Notes: generated by a model not told the origin, from the letters alone. A stretch of 57,578 nucleotides of DNA from Planctomycetota bacterium (GCA_016872955.1 VGYP01000001.1:1-57578); one strand, 5' to 3'. Counted from the stretch's first letter, positions 16,705 through 26,583 are shown. Made by a program: numbers and translations.

Positions 16705-16809
16705 GGTCGACCTCGGCGGCGGCGGCCGGAGCGGGCCGAGGGTTGCGGACGGACGGTTTCCTGCGATATTTCCGGCCGGGCGACAGTCGCCCCGGCACGA
16801 GGCCCGCCC

Positions 16810-17997
16810 ATGAAGATTCACGAGTTCCAGGCCAAGGATTTGTTGCGGGCCAACGGCGTGACCGTGCTCGCCGGCCGCGTGGCCCGCACCGCCGAGGAGG
16901 CGGCCGCGGCCTTCACGGCACTCGGCACGCCGGTCTGCGCGGTCAAGGCCCAGATCCACGCCGGGGGTCGCGGGAAAGGTCAGGTGCCAGGCTCCGGCCA
17001 ACGGGGTGTGGAACTCGCCAAGACCGCCGCCGATGCCGAGCGGATCGCGCGGGCCCTACTCGGCAACACGCTCGTCACCATCCAGACCGGCCCGGCGGGC
17101 CAGACCGTCCGGCAGGTGTTCGTGGAAAGCGGCTGCGGCATCGACCGCGAACTCTACTCCGCCATTCTCGTCGACCGTGCCGCCGGATCGCCGGTGCTGG
17201 TCGCCAGCACGGCCGGCGGCGTCAACATCGAGGAGGTGGCGGCCAAGACGCCGGAACTGATCCTGTCGGAGCCCTTCGACCCCGACCGCGGCCTGGCCGG
17301 CTGGCAGGCGCGGCTGCTGGCCTCCAAGCTCGGCCTGCCGACGGCCAGCTGGCGGCATGCCGAGACCTTCTTCCGGCGGCTGTGCGTGGCGTTCGTGAGC
17401 CTCGACGCCTCGCTGCTGGAGGTCAACCCGCTCGTGCTCACCAAGGAGGGCGCGCTCGTCGCCCTCGACGCAAAGATGACCTTTGACGACAACGCGCTGT
17501 TTCGCCACGCCGACGTCGCCGCGCTCCGCGATGCCGCCGAGGAGGAGCCGGCCGAGACGCGGGCCGCCGCCGCGGGCCTCTCCTACGTCAAGCTCGACGG
17601 CACGATCGGCTGCCTCGTCAACGGTGCCGGCCTCGCGATGAGCACCATGGACCTCGTCAAGCTCCACGGCGGAGAACCGGCCAACTTTCTCGACGTGGGC
17701 GGCGGTGCCGACGTCAAGCAGGTGACCGAGGCCTTCCGGATCATCCTCTCCGACGCCAACGTGAAGGCGATCCTCGTCAACATCTTCGGCGGCATCATGC
17801 GGTGCACCACCATCGCCACGGCGCTCGTCGAGGCCTCCAAGACCATCGGCTTCAAGGTGCCGCTGGTCGTGCGGCTCGAGGGCACCGAGGTCGAGGAGGG
17901 CAAGAAGATCCTGGCAGCCAGCGGCACGGCGATCATCACTGCCGACGGTCTCACCGACGCGGCCAAGAAGGTCGTCGCCGCCGCCAGCAAGGCCTGA
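16810..17997 (+). CDS. sucC: succinate--CoA ligase (ADP-forming) subunit beta
   Basis: The N-terminus is [17 protein letters not shown]. The ATP-grasp layout is present, followed by [15 protein letters not shown] and NIFGGIMRC. Confidence 0.96.
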   Translation: MKIHEFQAKDLLRANGVTVLAGRVARTAEEAAAAFTALGTPVCAVKAQIHAGGRGKGQVPGSGQRGVELAKTAADAERIARALLGNTLVTIQTGPAGQTVRQVFVESGCGIDRELYSAILVDRAAGSPVLVASTAGGVNIEEVAAKTPELILSEPFDPDRGLAGWQARLLASKLGLPTASWRHAETFFRRLCVAFVSLDASLLEVNPLVLTKEGALVALDAKMTFDDNALFRHADVAALRDAAEEEPAETRAAAAGLSYVKLDGTIGCLVNGAGLAMSTMDLVKLHGGEPANFLDVGGGADVKQVTEAFRIILSDANVKAILVNIFGGIMRCTTIATALVEASKTIGFKVPLVVRLEGTEVEEGKKILAASGTAIITADGLTDAAKKVVAAASKA

Positions 17998-18050
17998 ATA
18001 CCTCCCCTCGTCCACCCCTCGTGCCGCCGCCCCGCTTCGGCCCGCCTCCC

Positions 18051-18938
18051 ATGAGCATCCTCGTCAATCGCGACACCCGAGTCATCTGCCAGGGCATCAC
18101 CGGCAAGGTGGGCGAGTTCCACACGCGCGGCTGCCTCGACTACGGTACCCGGATGGTGGGCGGCGTGACGCCCGGCAAGGGGGGCGAGACGGTGGCCGGC
18201 CTACCGGTCTTCAACACAGTGGCCGAGGCCCGCGACGCCACCGGTGCCAACGCCACGATGATCTTCGTGCCGCCGGCCTTCGCGGCCGACGCGATCCTGG
18301 AGGCGATCGGCGCCGGCATCGCACTGGTGGTGGCGATCACGGAGGGCATCCCCGTACTCGACATGGCCCGTGTGCTGCCGGTGCTCAAGGACTCGGCCAG
18401 CCGCCTGATCGGCCCCAACTGTCCGGGGGTGATCACGCCAGCGGAGTGCAAGATCGGCATCATGCCCGGCTACATCCACACCCCCGGTCACGTGGGCGTG
18501 ATGAGCCGCTCGGGCACGCTCACCTACGAGGCCGTCTGGCAGTTGACACAGTTGGGGTACGGCCAGAGCACCTGTGTCGGCCTGGGGGGCGACCCGCTGG
18601 TCGGCTCGTCGTTCATCGACATCCTGAGACTCTTCCAGGCTGACCCCGACACTCACGCGATCCTGATGATGGGCGAGATCGGGGGGGGTGCCGAGGAGGA
18701 GGCGGCTGATTGCATCCGGCACCATGTCACCAAGCCGGTGGCTGCGTTCATCGCCGGCCGGACGGCGCCGCCCGGCAAGCGGATGGGTCATGCCGGGGCG
18801 ATCATCTCCGGGGGCAAGGGGACGGCGGAGGCCAAGCTCGCAGCCCTGGCCGAGGCCGGCATCGAGATCGCCGACAGCCCGGCCGACATGGGGTCGGCCC
18901 TGGTCCGGGCCATCCAAAAGGCTGGTCCTGGCCGTTAA
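18051..18938 (+). CDS. sucD: succinate--CoA ligase subunit alpha
   Basis: An internal ATG gives [25 protein letters not shown]. Also present are SRSGTLTYE and the [14 protein letters not shown] phosphohistidine loop. Confidence 0.96.
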   Translation: MSILVNRDTRVICQGITGKVGEFHTRGCLDYGTRMVGGVTPGKGGETVAGLPVFNTVAEARDATGANATMIFVPPAFAADAILEAIGAGIALVVAITEGIPVLDMARVLPVLKDSASRLIGPNCPGVITPAECKIGIMPGYIHTPGHVGVMSRSGTLTYEAVWQLTQLGYGQSTCVGLGGDPLVGSSFIDILRLFQADPDTHAILMMGEIGGGAEEEAADCIRHHVTKPVAAFIAGRTAPPGKRMGHAGAIISGGKGTAEAKLAALAEAGIEIADSPADMGSALVRAIQKAGPGR

Positions 18939-19063
18939 AACCAGCCCTCCCCTGCCGACCGCGAACTGGCCCCGGCCAAGACTCGTAGGTATGGTTAGGT
19001 TGTCGCGATAATCGGCGGGTGGTTTGCCGCGGCGACGCTCTGTCTCCTCCTCCGACCGTCGCC

Positions 19064-21034
19064 ATGCGTCCGCGGAAACTCGCTCGCCCCGAATACCTCG
19101 AGTCCCGCCGGCTGTTGGCCGTCGACTTGCTCGCGCCGCTCGGCGACCTGGTCGTCGTCCGCGGCACCCCGCCGCGGACGATTGACCTCGGTCCCTTGTT
19201 CGACCTGGCCGGCGTCACGGGGACGCTCGTGCGGCTCAAAACCAACATGCCGCTGCCCGACGCCACCCTCCACGCCGAACTCTTCGATCAGTCCGGACCC
19301 GACCGCACCCGCACCACGCCCCTCACGGTGACCAACTTCCTGGCCTACACCGACGCGGGTCGCTACAACAACACCATCGTTCATCGCTCGGTGCCGAACT
19401 TCGTCATCCAGGCGGGTGGCTTCGCGGCCACCGAGTCGGGCACCTCGCTCGTCGAGTCAATCGAGCCGTTTCCCGCTCTGGTCAATGAGTCGGGCAACAC
19501 CAACGCCCGTGGCACTCTGGCGATGGCGAAGCTCGATGGTGACCCCAACAGCGCCACCAACCAGTTCTTCGTGAACCTGGCCAACAACGCGGACAACTTG
19601 GACTCGGCAAACGGCGGCTTCACGGTCTTCGGCCGCGTGCTCGGCAACGGCATGGACCTGGCCGACGCCGTCGCCGCCCTGCCCCGCTACGACTACGGCA
19701 CGCCCTTCAACGAGTTGCCGACGATCGGGCTCACCGATCCTGCCGCCATCGCCCGCGAAAACGTCGTCTTGATCACCTCGGTGACCCGCGTCGGTGATCT
19801 GGTCTACAGGGCCTCGACCACCGCGCCGGCGCTGGTCGCGGCCACGGTCGAGGCCGCGGAGGGGCTCGTGCTCTCCTTCACGTCGGCCTCGACTGGCACC
19901 GCCACGATCACCGTGCGGGCCGCATCCGTGTTCGACGCCGCCGACTTCGTGGAGGAGTCGTTCTTGGTCACGGTCGTTAACCCCGCGGCGGACGAGGTCA
20001 ACGCGATCGCCGGGATCGACGGAAGCGTCCTGCGAGTCAGCCGCAGCGCCGGCAACGCCCTCGTCGACGATCCGGACGTGCCCCTGCCCGCGGACGGCGG
20101 CTGGGAGGCGATCGTGCAGGGCGACTTCGACGGCAACGGCCGGGGCGACGTGGCGATGATGTCGGTCGGCGGCAAATGGTGGGTGGCGCTGACACCAGCG
20201 ACCGGCGTGGCCCCGACGCCGACCGTCTGGACCAACCTCCGGACGGACGTGCCGTGGCGGTTCCCGACCGTCGGCGACTTCACGGGCGAAGGGCGGGACG
20301 ACATCGCCGTCTTCAACCCGCTCTCCGGCGCCTGGCGGGTGCTGACGAGCAACGGCTCCGCCTTCGATAAGGCCACCTTCGGCGAGTGGGACCCGGCGGG
20401 CGAGTGGACGAAGCCGCTCCGGGGCGACTTCGACGGCGACGGCCGTGCCGATCTGGCCAGCCGCGACCTCCGGACCGGCGGCTGGCACGTCGCTCGCAGC
20501 GACGGGGCCTCGTTCACCACCGGCATCTGGCGGTGGCAACGCAAGATCATCGACTGGCAGTCGCTGACGGCGGCCGATTTCGACGGCGACGGCCGCACCG
20601 ACATCGCCACCTGGAACAGCAAGTCGGGCGCCTGGCGGGTGCTGACGAGCACGGGCACAGGCTTCACCAACAACTGGTTCACCCAGTGGAATCCCAAAGT
20701 CGCATGGACCGACGTCGTGGCCGGCGACTTCGACGGCGACGGCAAGCACGACCTGGCGGCCCGCGAATCCACCGGCAGCACGGTGGTGGTGGCGATCAGC
20801 GAGACCACCTCGTTCACAACCTCGTCATGGGGCGAGCTCGACGCCGTCGTGACCTGGCAGTTCGTCACGTCCGGCGACTTCAACGGCGACGGCAAGAGCG
20901 ACCTGGCGGCCTGGGATGCCGGCACGGGCGCATGGCGGCTGCTGGCCAGCAATGGCCTGGCCTTCGTCGCCGCGGCCTTCGGTTCCTGGTCGACCGACGT
21001 CTCCTGGTCGCACTCCTACGGCCTGCGGGTGTGA
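19064..21034 (+). CDS. secreted cyclophilin-type peptidyl-prolyl isomerase fused to FG-GAP/VCBS repeats
   Basis: The N-terminus is MRPRKLARPEYLESRRLLAV. The cyclophilin core is IVHRSVPNFVIQAGGF...GTLAMAK..DPNSATNQFFVNL...FTVFGRV. At least six repeats of the type GDF(D/N)GDG(R/K).D(L/I)A follow. Confidence 0.8.
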   Translation: MRPRKLARPEYLESRRLLAVDLLAPLGDLVVVRGTPPRTIDLGPLFDLAGVTGTLVRLKTNMPLPDATLHAELFDQSGPDRTRTTPLTVTNFLAYTDAGRYNNTIVHRSVPNFVIQAGGFAATESGTSLVESIEPFPALVNESGNTNARGTLAMAKLDGDPNSATNQFFVNLANNADNLDSANGGFTVFGRVLGNGMDLADAVAALPRYDYGTPFNELPTIGLTDPAAIARENVVLITSVTRVGDLVYRASTTAPALVAATVEAAEGLVLSFTSASTGTATITVRAASVFDAADFVEESFLVTVVNPAADEVNAIAGIDGSVLRVSRSAGNALVDDPDVPLPADGGWEAIVQGDFDGNGRGDVAMMSVGGKWWVALTPATGVAPTPTVWTNLRTDVPWRFPTVGDFTGEGRDDIAVFNPLSGAWRVLTSNGSAFDKATFGEWDPAGEWTKPLRGDFDGDGRADLASRDLRTGGWHVARSDGASFTTGIWRWQRKIIDWQSLTAADFDGDGRTDIATWNSKSGAWRVLTSTGTGFTNNWFTQWNPKVAWTDVVAGDFDGDGKHDLAARESTGSTVVVAISETTSFTTSSWGELDAVVTWQFVTSGDFNGDGKSDLAAWDAGTGAWRLLASNGLAFVAAAFGSWSTDVSWSHSYGLRV

Positions 21035-21089
21035 CGGCCGACGGACCGGTCGGCCGCCGGTGGCGGGACGGGGCTGGTATATTCGCAGC

Positions 21090-21812
21090 ATGAAGGTGTC
21101 GCTCTTCGTGCCCTGCTTCGTCGACCAGATGGTGCCTAGGGTCGGGCTGGCAACCGCGACGGTGCTCGAGCGACTCGGCCACACGGTCGATTTTCGGCCG
21201 TCCCAGACCTGCTGCGGCCAGCCGAGTTTCAACGCCGGCTACTGGGAGGAGGCCCGCAGCGTGGCGATCCGCGCGATCGGGGTGTTCGCCGACGCCGAGG
21301 CGGTGGTTGGGCCGAGCGGCTCCTGCGTCGCGATGATGCGGGTCTTCTATCCCCAGCTGCTCGCCAACACGCCTCACGAACCCGCCGCCCTCGACCTGGC
21401 CGGCCGGACGTTCGAGTTCGGCGAGTTCCTCGTCAAGCGCCTCGGCGTCACCGACGTCGGCGCCCGCTTCCCCCACCGGGTCACCTACCACGACGGCTGC
21501 CACGGCCTCCGCGAGCTGCGGATCAAGGAGGAGCCCCGCCGGCTGCTGCGGGCCGTCCGTGACCTGGAACTGGTAGAATGCGACGAGCCGGAGAGTTGCT
21601 GCGGCTTCGGCGGCCTGTTCAGCGTCAAATTCCCGATGGTGTCGACCGCAATGGCCGAGGTGAAGGGCGGATCGCTCGCCCGCACCGAGTGCGAATACGT
21701 CGTCTCGAGTGATCCTTCCTGCCAGCTGCAGCTCGACGGCTGGCTCGCCACCCAGGGCAAGCGGCCGCGGACGATCCACCTAGCCGAGGTTCTGGCGGGA
21801 GCATCGCCATGA
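21090..21812 (+). CDS. lutA: lactate utilization protein A ((Fe-S)-binding CCG-domain oxidoreductase)
   Basis: MKVSLFVPCFVDQMVPRVGLATATVLERLGHTVDF..SQTCCGQP, plus a second CCG motif ESCCGFGG. An ATGA overlap joins it to the next gene. Confidence 0.88.
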   Translation: MKVSLFVPCFVDQMVPRVGLATATVLERLGHTVDFRPSQTCCGQPSFNAGYWEEARSVAIRAIGVFADAEAVVGPSGSCVAMMRVFYPQLLANTPHEPAALDLAGRTFEFGEFLVKRLGVTDVGARFPHRVTYHDGCHGLRELRIKEEPRRLLRAVRDLELVECDEPESCCGFGGLFSVKFPMVSTAMAEVKGGSLARTECEYVVSSDPSCQLQLDGWLATQGKRPRTIHLAEVLAGASP

Positions 21813-23242
21813 TCGCGTCAACGCCGGAGCACGCCGCGGTCGGGGTCCACGACCCCCGTCACGCCAAGCAGCAGTTTCTCCACGACGCCGCCGAGCACGT
21901 GCGGGACACCGGCCACCGGGCCTTCGTCCGCAACGCGCTGGGAGGCTACTACGAGAGTCGCGACGCCCAGAAGTCCCGCTACCGCGACTGGGAACAAGCC
22001 CGCGACGCTGCCAGCCTCGCCAAGTGGCAGGCGGTCAATCGGCTCGACGAACTGCTGCCTCGATTCGTCGCCGCCTTTGAGGCCAACGGGGGGCGGGTCC
22101 ACTGGGCCCGCGACGGCGAGGAGGCACGGCGGATCATCCTCGACATCCTCCGCGACGCCGACGCCCGCTCGGTCATCAAGAGCAAGTGCATGACCAGCGA
22201 GGAGATCCACCTGAACGCGGCCATGGAGGCCGAGGGGTACGGGGTCGTGGAGAGCGATCTCGGCGAGTTCATCCAGCAGTTGCGGGGCGAGCCCCCCTAC
22301 CACTTCGTCTTCCCGTGCATGCACGTCCGCCGCGCTGAGATCAGCGACCTGTTCGGCAAGCACCTCGGCACGCCGCCGACCGACAGTCCCGAGGAACTGA
22401 CGATGATCGCCCGTCGTCACCTGCGACGGCTATACGTCAAGGCCGACGTGGGGATCACCGGCGCGAATTTCCTCGTGGCCGAGACCGGGCAAATCTCGAT
22501 CACCGAGAACGAGGGCAACGCCAGGCTGACGGTGGCCCTGCCGCGGGTGCACATCGCACTGGCCGGGATCGAGAAGGTGGTCGAGCGGCTCGACGACCTG
22601 GCGGTGCTCCTGCCGATGCTGGCCACCGCGGGGGCCGGCCAGCCGATGACCTGCTACAACACGCTCTACTCCGGACCACGGCGGGAGGGGGAGTGCGATG
22701 GGCCGGAGGAGATGCACCTTGTGCTCCTCGACAACGCCCGCACGGCGCTGTTGGCCGACGGCGAGCAGCGGGATGCCCTGCAGTGCATCCGCTGCGGGGC
22801 CTGCCTCAACGTCTGCCCGATCTTCAAGAACGTGGGGGGCTTCACCTATGGCACCACCTACCAGGGTCCGATCGGCAGCGTGATCACACCGCACCTTCGT
22901 GGCCTGGCGGATTGGAACCACCTCTCCGGGGCGAGTTCGCTGTGCGGTGCCTGCACCGACGCCTGCCCGGTGCGGATCGACATCCACCACCACCTCCTCC
23001 ACAATCGCCGCAACGCCACCCGCGCGGCCCCGTCGCAGCTCGAGCGGCTCGGCCACCGGCTGTTCGCCTTCGTGGCCGCGCGGCCGTGGCTGTTCGCGGC
23101 CGGCGGCTGGCTGTTTCGCAGGGCACTGCCGCTGGCGAGGGCGCTGCGGCCGCCGCCCCTGGCCGCGTGGCTGGCGACCCGGGATCTCCCGGCGGCGCCG
23201 CGGGAGAGTTTTCGTGCCGCCTGGCGGAGGCGTCGGCGATGA
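21809..23242 (+). CDS. lutB: lactate utilization protein B (iron-sulfur cluster-binding)
   Basis: Two 4Fe-4S motifs are present, CIRCGACLNVCP and CGACTDACP, after an LUD-type domain. ATGA overlaps occur at both ends. Confidence 0.88.
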   Translation: MIASTPEHAAVGVHDPRHAKQQFLHDAAEHVRDTGHRAFVRNALGGYYESRDAQKSRYRDWEQARDAASLAKWQAVNRLDELLPRFVAAFEANGGRVHWARDGEEARRIILDILRDADARSVIKSKCMTSEEIHLNAAMEAEGYGVVESDLGEFIQQLRGEPPYHFVFPCMHVRRAEISDLFGKHLGTPPTDSPEELTMIARRHLRRLYVKADVGITGANFLVAETGQISITENEGNARLTVALPRVHIALAGIEKVVERLDDLAVLLPMLATAGAGQPMTCYNTLYSGPRREGECDGPEEMHLVLLDNARTALLADGEQRDALQCIRCGACLNVCPIFKNVGGFTYGTTYQGPIGSVITPHLRGLADWNHLSGASSLCGACTDACPVRIDIHHHLLHNRRNATRAAPSQLERLGHRLFAFVAARPWLFAAGGWLFRRALPLARALRPPPLAAWLATRDLPAAPRESFRAAWRRRRR

Positions 23243-23994
23243 GCGGCCGCACGCCCGCCGAGGACGCGGCCCGCGACGTCATCCTGGCGCGGATTCGCGA
23301 GGCGCTCACGGTGCCGGGCAGACCGCCGCACGTAGGTCATCGCGCCACCGACACCATGACCACCGGCAGCGGCACCGGGACGGGCCACCCGGCCCTGCCG
23401 ATCCTGGCGGGGGAGGCGGGCCGGCCCTGGCTGCCCGACGGCGGCGACTCGCCCGCGGAGAGCCTGGCCATCCTGTCCGACAATCTCGCCCGGCTGCGGG
23501 CCGTGTTCCTGCGGGTGCCCGACGAGGCTGCCGCGGCCGAGACGCTCGCCCGAGAGGCCCGGCAGCGGGGCTGGCGGACGGTCGCCCATCACGGGGACCC
23601 CCTGGTGAGTGCCGCGCTCACTGGACTGGGCCTGGCGACCGTGCGGGTCGACGACCCGCATGCGGCCTTCGACAAGGATGCCATCGAGGCGTGCGATGCG
23701 GGCATCACCGCCTGCGAATGCCTCGTCGCCCAGACCGGCTCGATCCTGGTTTCGTCGGCCCGGGGTGGCCGCGCATTGTCGATCCTGCCGCACGCGCACG
23801 TGGTGGTCGCCACCCCCGACCAGGTCGTGCCCACGCTGGCCGACGCCTTCGACCAGATCCGATCGCGGCACGCCGGCCGGTTGCCCAGCATGCTCTCCTT
23901 CATCACGGGGCCGAGTCGCACCGGCGACATCGAACGAATTCTCGTGCTAGGTGCACACGGACCCAAGGAACTGCTCGTGATCCTCGTCGGATAG
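23239..23994 (+). CDS. lutC: lactate utilization protein C (LUD domain)
   Basis: An internal ATG at 23239 overlaps the lutB stop. The C-terminus (GITACECLVAQTGSILV...ILPHAHVVVA...GPSRTGDIE) is typical of LutC/YkgG. Confidence 0.8.
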   Translation: MSGRTPAEDAARDVILARIREALTVPGRPPHVGHRATDTMTTGSGTGTGHPALPILAGEAGRPWLPDGGDSPAESLAILSDNLARLRAVFLRVPDEAAAAETLAREARQRGWRTVAHHGDPLVSAALTGLGLATVRVDDPHAAFDKDAIEACDAGITACECLVAQTGSILVSSARGGRALSILPHAHVVVATPDQVVPTLADAFDQIRSRHAGRLPSMLSFITGPSRTGDIERILVLGAHGPKELLVILVG

Positions 23995-24006
23995 CCGCCA
24001 CTCGCG

Positions 24007-24546
24007 GTGGTCTCGGCGGCCGCGGAGGCCCAGATGCGTTGGTTTTTGCTCGATCGCTTCGAGGAGTTCGTGCGGTGCCGGCGGGCGACGGCGATCAAGG
24101 CGGTGACGCTGGCCGAGGAGCACCTGCACGACCACGTCCCCGGCTGGGCGATCGTGCCCAACACGCTGGTGCTCGAGGGCCTGGCCCAGACCGCCGGCAT
24201 CCTGGTCGCCGACGCCATCGACTACCGCCGTCAGGTGGTGCTGGCGAAGGTCGGCGTGTGCGAGTTCCACTTCGATGCCATGCCCGGGGACGTGCTTAGG
24301 TACGAGGTCGAACTGGTGGAGCTCTCCGAGGACGGCTCGGTGGTGCAGGCGACCAGCCGGGTGGGGGGACGGCCGCACGGCCGGGCAGAGCTGTTCTTCG
24401 GCCACCTCGCGTCGGGCGACTCGGTGCCCAAGTTGTTCTCCAACGAGCAGTTCAACCGCTGGCTCGACAACCTGCGGATCTACGAAGTGGCCCGTGAGCA
24501 CGACGGTACGCCCGTGACCCGTAATCGGGTCCGCGTTCCGGAGTGA
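24007..24546 (+). CDS. FabA/FabZ-like hotdog-fold dehydratase family protein with C-terminal extension
   Basis: RWFLLDRFEEF...AIKAVTLAEEHLHDHVPGWAIVPNTLVLEGLAQTAG...PGDVLRYEVEL follows the FabZ pattern (LLDR..., HF-P--PVMPG-L--E--AQ). The start may instead be the Met at 24034. Confidence 0.65.
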   Translation: MVSAAAEAQMRWFLLDRFEEFVRCRRATAIKAVTLAEEHLHDHVPGWAIVPNTLVLEGLAQTAGILVADAIDYRRQVVLAKVGVCEFHFDAMPGDVLRYEVELVELSEDGSVVQATSRVGGRPHGRAELFFGHLASGDSVPKLFSNEQFNRWLDNLRIYEVAREHDGTPVTRNRVRVPE

Positions 24547-24553
24547 ACCGCCC

Positions 24554-24760
24554 ATGAGCGACCCGATCTGCCCCGTCTGCGGCGGTGAGACCCGTGAGAT
24601 TCGTGCCAAGATCGTCTGTCGCCACTGCGGCACGATCCTCGAGACCTGCTGCGAAGGGGGGCCGATGGCCGGCGGCTGCCATCCGGGCGACGGCCGGCTC
24701 GACGGCCAGGCCACACCACCGGCACGACCGGAATCATCGGATGATTTTCGCGACCACTGA
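24554..24760 (+). CDS. small zinc-ribbon protein
   Basis: MSDPICPVCGGETREIRAKIVCRHCGTILETCCEGG has paired CxxC motifs. The gene starts 7 nt after the upstream stop, and GC3 is high. Confidence 0.5.
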   Translation: MSDPICPVCGGETREIRAKIVCRHCGTILETCCEGGPMAGGCHPGDGRLDGQATPPARPESSDDFRDH

Positions 24761-24987
24761 GTTTTGGGGTCCGCGAAGATCGATCTTCTGGGCAGAGTTT
24801 GCCGGCAGCGCAAGCCCTTCCGATGGCGGTGTATGCGGCCCCGTGGGCCGACCCGGCCAACGACGGGATGCCGGCCAGCTCCTGCCGTTTCCCGGTGTAG
24901 TGGCTCGTCGCTTCGACGCGGCCGTGGTCCGGTAACCGGCGCCGGTTTCGCGAAACGTTGGCTTTTTTTTCCCCTCTGGAGGTTTCC

Positions 24988-26301
24988 GTGAAGAAGTTTT
25001 TCTCGTCCAAGTTTCTGCCGTGGGTGGCGGCTGCCGGCGTCTGCGTCGGCGGCACGCTCGTCCGCGGTGAGGATGCGGCGGCCGCGCCGGCCGCCGACTC
25101 CGTGCTGACCGCCGAACTCGAGGGCGGAGCCGCCGGTCCGTGCATGCGGACGGTGAAGGTCTGGAAGATGGTGCCCGAGATCCGCGAGGTCGAGTGCACC
25201 GAATGGGCGACCGAGGTCCGCGAGCGGACCCTGACGGTCAAGAAGCGGGTGCCCCGGATCGAGGAGAAGACCCGCACCTCCACCGTGATGGTTCCGGAGA
25301 AGCGGACGAAGACGGTCGAGTACACCGTCAACGTCAACGTCCCCGAGACCAAGACGGTCGAGTACAGCGTCAAGGTGCCCTTCACCGAGGAGGTCGAACA
25401 GACCTACACGGTGCGGGTGCCGATCAAGGAGGAGAAGACGGCCACCTACAAGGTGATGGTGCCGTACACCGAGGAGCGGACCGCCACCTGCAAGGTGAAC
25501 GTGCCCTTCACCGAGGAGGTCCAGCAGACCTACACGGTGCGGGTTCCCTACACCGAGGAGATGACCGGCACGCGGACGGTGGCGAAGCGGGTTCCCGTGA
25601 AGGGCACCAAGACCGTCACCTGTCGGGGTGGTCACTGGGTCACGGAGGCCAAGGAGATCTCGGCCAACGGCAAGTACGACGCCGCAGGCAACCCCTGCTG
25701 CCCGAAGGTGGTCTGCTGCCGCAAGTGGGTCCCCACCTGCGAGACCAAGGAAGTCGAGGTCACCACGTGGAAGACGGAGTGCGAGCAGGTGCCCTTCACC
25801 TACTGCGTGAAGAAGTTTCGTTGCGAGGAGCGGACCCGCACCGTGTGCGTGCGGAAGAACCGCTGCGAGGAACGGACCCGCACCTACTGCGTCAAGCTCT
25901 ATCGCTGCGAGGAGCGGACGCGGACCTACTGCGTCACGAAGATGGTGCCCGAGACCCGCACCAAGAAGGTGTGCATCCACAAGTGCCGCTGTGAGACTCG
26001 CACCCGCGAGATCACGGTCAACAAGTGCATCGCCGAAACCCGCACCCGCGAGTGCTGCCACACGGTGATGGTCCCGTGCCAGAAGACCCAGACCTATTCC
26101 GTCTGCTGCAGCGACGTCGTCGAGGAGCAGAAGACAGAGTCGTACGTGGTCCGCGTGCCGAAGACGGTCACCAAGAAGGTGTGCGTCAAGGTGAAGAAGT
26201 GCGTCGAGGAGCAGGTCCCGGCCGGTGACGCCGGCGCTTGCGGCAACGGCGGCAACGGTCGCGGCAAGCGCGGTCTCCTCCACTGCCGTAAGGGCTGCTG
26301 A
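24988..26301 (+). CDS. secreted YTV-type repeat protein with Cys-rich C-terminal repeat region
   Basis: The GTG start is 5 nt after a GGAGG. The signal peptide is KKFFSSKFLPWVAAAGVCVGG. Repeats follow of the type T.EYTV.V.VP.T/ YTVRVPYTEE. Then come RCEERTRT(V/Y)CV units and many Cys. As I recall, the YTV repeat family was defined on Rhodopirellula proteins. Confidence 0.8.
   Translation: MKKFFSSKFLPWVAAAGVCVGGTLVRGEDAAAAPAADSVLTAELEGGAAGPCMRTVKVWKMVPEIREVECTEWATEVRERTLTVKKRVPRIEEKTRTSTVMVPEKRTKTVEYTVNVNVPETKTVEYSVKVPFTEEVEQTYTVRVPIKEEKTATYKVMVPYTEERTATCKVNVPFTEEVQQTYTVRVPYTEEMTGTRTVAKRVPVKGTKTVTCRGGHWVTEAKEISANGKYDAAGNPCCPKVVCCRKWVPTCETKEVEVTTWKTECEQVPFTYCVKKFRCEERTRTVCVRKNRCEERTRTYCVKLYRCEERTRTYCVTKMVPETRTKKVCIHKCRCETRTREITVNKCIAETRTRECCHTVMVPCQKTQTYSVCCSDVVEEQKTESYVVRVPKTVTKKVCVKVKKCVEEQVPAGDAGACGNGGNGRGKRGLLHCRKGC
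25312..25560 (+). repeat. coding tandem repeats (YTV-type, ~12-14 aa units)
   Basis: TVEYTVNVNVPETKTVEYSVKVPFTEEVEQTYTVRVPIKEEKTATYKVMVPYTEERTATCKVNVPFTEEVQQTYTVRVPYTEE. Confidence 0.8.
25819..25944 (+). repeat. three tandem 42-nt coding repeats
   Basis: The units are RCEERTRTVCVRKN, RCEERTRTYCVKLY and RCEERTRTYCVTKM. At the DNA level the core cgctgcgaggagcggacccgcacc recurs with few changes. Confidence 0.85.
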
Positions 26302-26350
26302 GCAGGCCGTCGCCCACGGGCGACCAATCGACCCCTGTGTTGTGAACGCG

Positions 26351-26394
26351 GCGGGCCGGGTGGGGAGTCCCATCCGGCCCGCTCGCGGCTTTTT
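26351..26394 (+). terminator. rho-independent terminator candidate after the YTV gene
   Basis: A 14-bp stem (GCGGGCCGGGTGGG / CCCATCCGGCCCGC) encloses a GAGT loop. TCGCGGC and T5 follow. Confidence 0.5.
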
Positions 26395-26583
26395 CGGGCC
26401 GACCCGCACGGGATCCGTCCCCCCGACCTCTTCAGCCGTCACGACCCGACCGGTATCTCCCCACGAACACGGATTCCGGGCATCTTCGTGACGCCAGGGG
26501 CTCCGGCGGCGACTCATCTGGAGAACCGCGGTCGCAGGATGGCCCGGTCACACCTGAACCCTTTGCGACGGAAGCCAAGTCCA

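Noticed and set aside
25312-25944. Regularly spaced repeats that could superficially resemble a CRISPR array.
   Set aside because: The repeats are in-frame coding repeats of the YTV protein (12-14 aa units), with no unique spacers and no cas genes. No CRISPR array was seen anywhere in the window.
23947-26517. 856-aa ORF on the minus strand.
   Set aside because: It lies entirely antisense to the hotdog, zinc-ribbon and YTV genes. Its composition is Arg/Gly/Leu/Asp-rich low complexity with no recognisable motif. This is a typical stop-free shadow frame of very GC-rich DNA.
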